Made by a program: the position numbers and the translations under genes. A stretch of DNA of 64,000 nt, taken from NCBI GenBank assembly GCA_020137815.1, contig CM035361.1:2294001-2358000 (forward strand), given 5' to 3'. Position 1 is the stretch's first letter, and every line of letters begins with the position of its first letter. This document shows, one piece after another, positions 60,166 to 64,000 of the stretch. The notes below the pieces were generated by a model, which made no database searches, was not told the DNA's origin, and saw only the letters and a list, made by a program, of their open reading frames with translations. The stretch comes from Hormiphora californensis. Taxonomy: Eukaryota; Animalia; Ctenophora.

Positions 60166-62250
60166 GGAGAAGCTGAACCATCACCTCACAAATCATGGTT
60201 GTCCGGCTCCACTCTCAGGTATCCTGAAGAAATTCTTGGACCACAGAATCATCTCGGTGGGAGAAGGGGAGGATAGGGTCATCAGAGGTCAAACTGGGAA
60301 GGAGGAGCTCAAGGACTGATTCTCCATGCCCCTACAGTGGAACAGCGGTGACAACTCCGCGCTGGAAAAGGTAATATGAGCTGTGAGCACCTCCAAGCTT
60401 TAGCGGACGATTTAAGACAGTGCTGTGACTGCCCCGAACTTGAACCTCAATAGAGAGGACACAATGGATTCTTGAACGAGTTGAGGAGTGGTGCCAATAC
60501 CATGGGATTGGACATATCTACATCAAAGTCGTTTTTCATGGTATGCACCCAATAAAACCAAAAATACCACCCATTCCGAACCCACACTACTCTACAAAAT
60601 GTCCAAATCCGAAAAGCTAAGGTATACAAAATACCTGGGGTGGTCACAGTGGACCAAAAACTAAACTGTGGCGAAACACTTTAGACGAACGATGAAAGAT
60701 GCCAGGGCACAAAGGTCGAGCACTGGCCAATAGGGCTCTTGGGGCAGACTGGGGGGCAAACACCGGAAATACAGAAGGAGGTATATAAAACTATAACCAT
60801 GAGCGAAAATGGCTTTAATGGCTGCAATTGTAACGTTAAGTGGATTTGCATTACGAAGGGAGTACAAAACAAATTAGAAACAGTTACATACCAATGCCTC
60901 CAAACGCATTCTAAGATGTGCTCGAAAACTGCTCCAAAGCTAATCGCTATAGGGCTATCGGATATAGAACCAATGCATGTTTGACAGCGAAAAGCGAGAG
61001 CAATAGTGGCCCACAGACAAATCACTTCCCAACACCAGCACATCATTCCTATGAGGAAAGGCAAAAGCAAGGACACATATTTGGTAAGGACCACAGATAT
61101 GAAGCCGCGGTGGGAAGCGACGAATGGGCAGGAGATAGGACGATAGCACACCGACCTACCCTACAAAACTTGTTTGCAGTTTTGCCTTCACGGGAACGCC
61201 GAACTACGGAATTAGACACACTTCACATCTATTTAGATGGCTTGACTGCTACAGGGTTCCGGCAAAATACGGAGGGGGATGTTGTGCCTTCCAGGAGGCA
61301 ACACATTTATTTTCAAAGGGTCAGTGCAAACTGCACCCTGGAGAGACTATCAACGCAGCAGAGTCAGCAAGGCATTGAGATTAGCCTGCAGAAGACACCT
61401 CAGGCATTCTGGAAGACCTGACAATCAGGACGGTTTCAAATTCCACACTGATAGCCAGGTCACCCCTTTGCGACTGCAGAACAACACAGGTATCCCTAAA
61501 ATCTATCCTGGACCTGATTAACAGTCTCAACAAGGTGTCGGTGATAGAAATGATGTGAGTACTACGGGTAAGATGGTGTGCAGCTCATCAGGGGACATAT
61601 CTGGTAATGAACTGGCAGTAAACTGGCTAAATCAGCCAGCAGCCACATAGAATTTCTAGAACCATCATCATACCGTATTCCCTGTCGAAAGTTAAAGGCT
61701 CAACACCAAGGACTAAGTCACTGTTAAAGAGGAACAAGACTATAGAGAGCTTAAAAAAACCGCTGCTGTGAGCACAAACCACTAATTGGCCATGTAATTC
61801 CGCCCTCACATCAAAGCCGCGAGTTACCCTCTGCCAAGGTAACTAATTTCCTATCGAACCGGGGAACCTGGGATGTGTTCCTTTTCAAGAGGTGGGCCTA
61901 TACCAATCAGAATTATGCAGATGGTTGTTGGATGGAAAAAAAATTACTTGGGAACTTCATCTATCTTGCGTTCTTCAAGCCCTCTCCCGTTCAAAGAGGG
62001 CAACACTTTCACTGCTCTCTCACGTTACATCCCAAAACTGTAGCAACCATTAACATGGGAATCCTTGAAATTTCTTTTGGATGAATCGTCGGGGTTATGG
62101 GACGATCACCGCAGCTTGGAGCTAACGAGGAAATAAGAAATGATTAACACACTCATAGGCAAAATACCTCCACACGCCTGAGACATACAAGACATGCCAC
62201 ATCGTGGAAAAGTTTTCTACGACTCTCTTGATTGGGATGTGGTGGGTAAT
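60166..62250 (+). mobile_element. Decayed, 5'-truncated non-LTR retrotransposon (RT + RNase H; I/LOA/R1-like)
   Basis: Frameshifted motifs: GAQG..LQWN (about 60300-60345), LQALADDL (60391), KYLG...DQKLN (60628), IYLDG (61228), FHTDSQ (61441), W..H.G..GNELA (about 61575-61618). Confidence 0.75.
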
Positions 62251-64000
62251 GCGACACGTCCAACTGCTTAGGAAATCCCTCCCCACCCCCCCCCCCCCCC
62301 CCCCCCACCGGCATCAACATTTGCTTCATCACCTTTCACTGTTCATCATATCATAAACGTGGGAGTGAGTCTTCGCAACAGTAACCAGGTTTTCAAAGCA
62401 GTTCACCCACCCGGACACTTTACTCGAAGCAAAAGTTGTCTTGAAATCAGCGGTTCCGATTGCTGCCCGGAGATGTATGGCACCAGCAATCTAATATGTT
62501 CTCCGGTCTCACCAAATAGCTCCTGTGCCATAACTCTTCACTAAATGCCAGTTTTTCTTGATATATATGGTTATTACACCAGAACAATCAAGCTCTCTTG
62601 GGTGCAGCTACGACCAATCTCCCCTCTTTTTCAGAACTCTGTTAACTGTATAAGAATTGATCGCGGAAGTAATGTATGAGAGATATTTAAGATTGTCAAT
62701 GTGTTAACTATGAGTTCTATAAACTATGTTTTTCCAATATGAAATTTGATTCATCAATTACCCAGCCCCACACCGCCCTACCCACATCACACCTTTCACC
62801 CACCATCCATGGAACCCCAAACTATCAAATATCCCAACCCCACAGAACAACAACAACAAAAAAAAAAACAAACCCCCCCAAACATTCTCGCCTAACCAGA
62901 ACTCCAATTCCCTATGACATTTAGAGCTTAGGCCTTAGATAATGAGGGAAAAGAGAACATTCACAAAATACTGGATATAAGCACTCAAGACCACAATCTA
63001 CACGATGGTACCATAACATACACGAGGAAAAACTGAATTCTCGAACAGGGATTGTTGGGGGTAGTGGGATGGCCATGAAACGTGTTCTGGGATGCTTTGC
63101 CTAGCCCGCACCAAGGGCTGAGGATCGTTGGAAGGTTGTTTTAGAATGCTTAAAACTGATCAGAAACTAAAATTTTCCGGGGGCTTTGCCCCTTACCCAC
63201 ACCAGGGGCTGAACATCATTGAGAAGGTTTTCTAAAATGGCTGAAAATTGCCCCCAATGCACCAAGGGCTGAAGGTCGATAAAATATGGTCCGAAAGTGC
63301 TTTAATTCGTCAAAATTTCTGGGAAGCCATTTGTCGCACTATGTGGTCATGTCCGATAGGCTCGCGAGATCTAGTGATTTTGATAGAAAACGCGCAGTAG
63401 AGGCTCAATTTTGACCAAGATCTAACCTCGTTGCGCGTTTTTACGTGTAAAACCAGCGCTGACAAGCGCTTTTTTAGCATAAATGTTGCATTTGATACAT
63501 GACCGCATCGCGACCGGTTGCGATGGAAAGGTTGCATAGTAATCTCTAGCCCCCTAGCTTTCTTTTGATACCAAAATTTAGGTTGCGCTTTGAACAGAAG
63601 CCAGTTTTTGGGCTATAGGACGAACTTTGATGCCGTGCTGTCCAAAACCTGCCGCACTTTCAGTCAAGTTATGGGTAGCAAAATGATCTTTAGACGATTA
63701 CCTACAACTGCTACACAATTTCCAGGGTGTTTGACAGCACACGCAAGCGTGCACGCTCCCTGAAAGCGCCTAACAAAATCGCGCAAAACCCCTCAAAACG
63801 GAGGATTCCTATCGGACAAATGCGCGTTTTGACCACATAGTGTGTCGGCGCTCCCGAAACACCCAGATTTTAACGCAGGCCCATATTATCCATATTGCAA
63901 TTGGCATACTCTGGCCCAGGAGTCGACACTCCGGGCTCCCGAAGTTTTTCAATTTTTTTTTCTAAATTCACTAACCCCAACACCGAAGTTTTTCAATGTC

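Noticed and set aside
62990-64000. Possible transposon end
   Set aside because: Repeat-like, but no TIR, TSD or second copy within the window

Overview
Repeat-rich eukaryotic (animal) DNA with many short GT-AG introns. Most ORFs in the six-frame track are microsatellite or transposon artefacts; the real genes appear only when exons are assembled by hand. Two MITE families (aggaaccgaccgaatcagg... and tacagtcggaccccgattta...) resemble repeats I recall from the ctenophore Pleurobrachia, but that assignment is unverified. Genes: 3' exons of a Cys-rich, cystine-knot-like protein (+, 2.3-3.0 kb); a truncated class-A GPCR (-, 6.4-7.1 kb); unknown spliced genes (-, 8-11.5 kb and 29.5-31.7 kb); an intron-rich PIF/Harbinger DDE transposase (-, 14.5-17.3 kb) head-to-head with a probable MADF/Myb-type partner (+, 19.6-26.9 kb); a cyclic-nucleotide-binding-domain gene (+, 33.5-43.5 kb); and an intact 12-exon class-A GPCR (-, 44.9-54.6 kb). 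Mobile DNA: two copies of a TTAA piggyBac-like non-autonomous element. One copy carries a Chapaev/Transib (RAG1-related) element with 672-bp TIRs and a cargo ORF, plus a tandem retrozyme with two hammerhead ribozymes. Also present are a TSD-flanked palindromic/tandem tRNA-like element, Helentron-like elements with enlarged 5' hairpins, several MITEs and a decayed RNase-H LINE. Segments near 23.6-25.35 kb and 56.75-57.03 kb look like low-accuracy consensus. All coordinates were read by eye; no searches were run.
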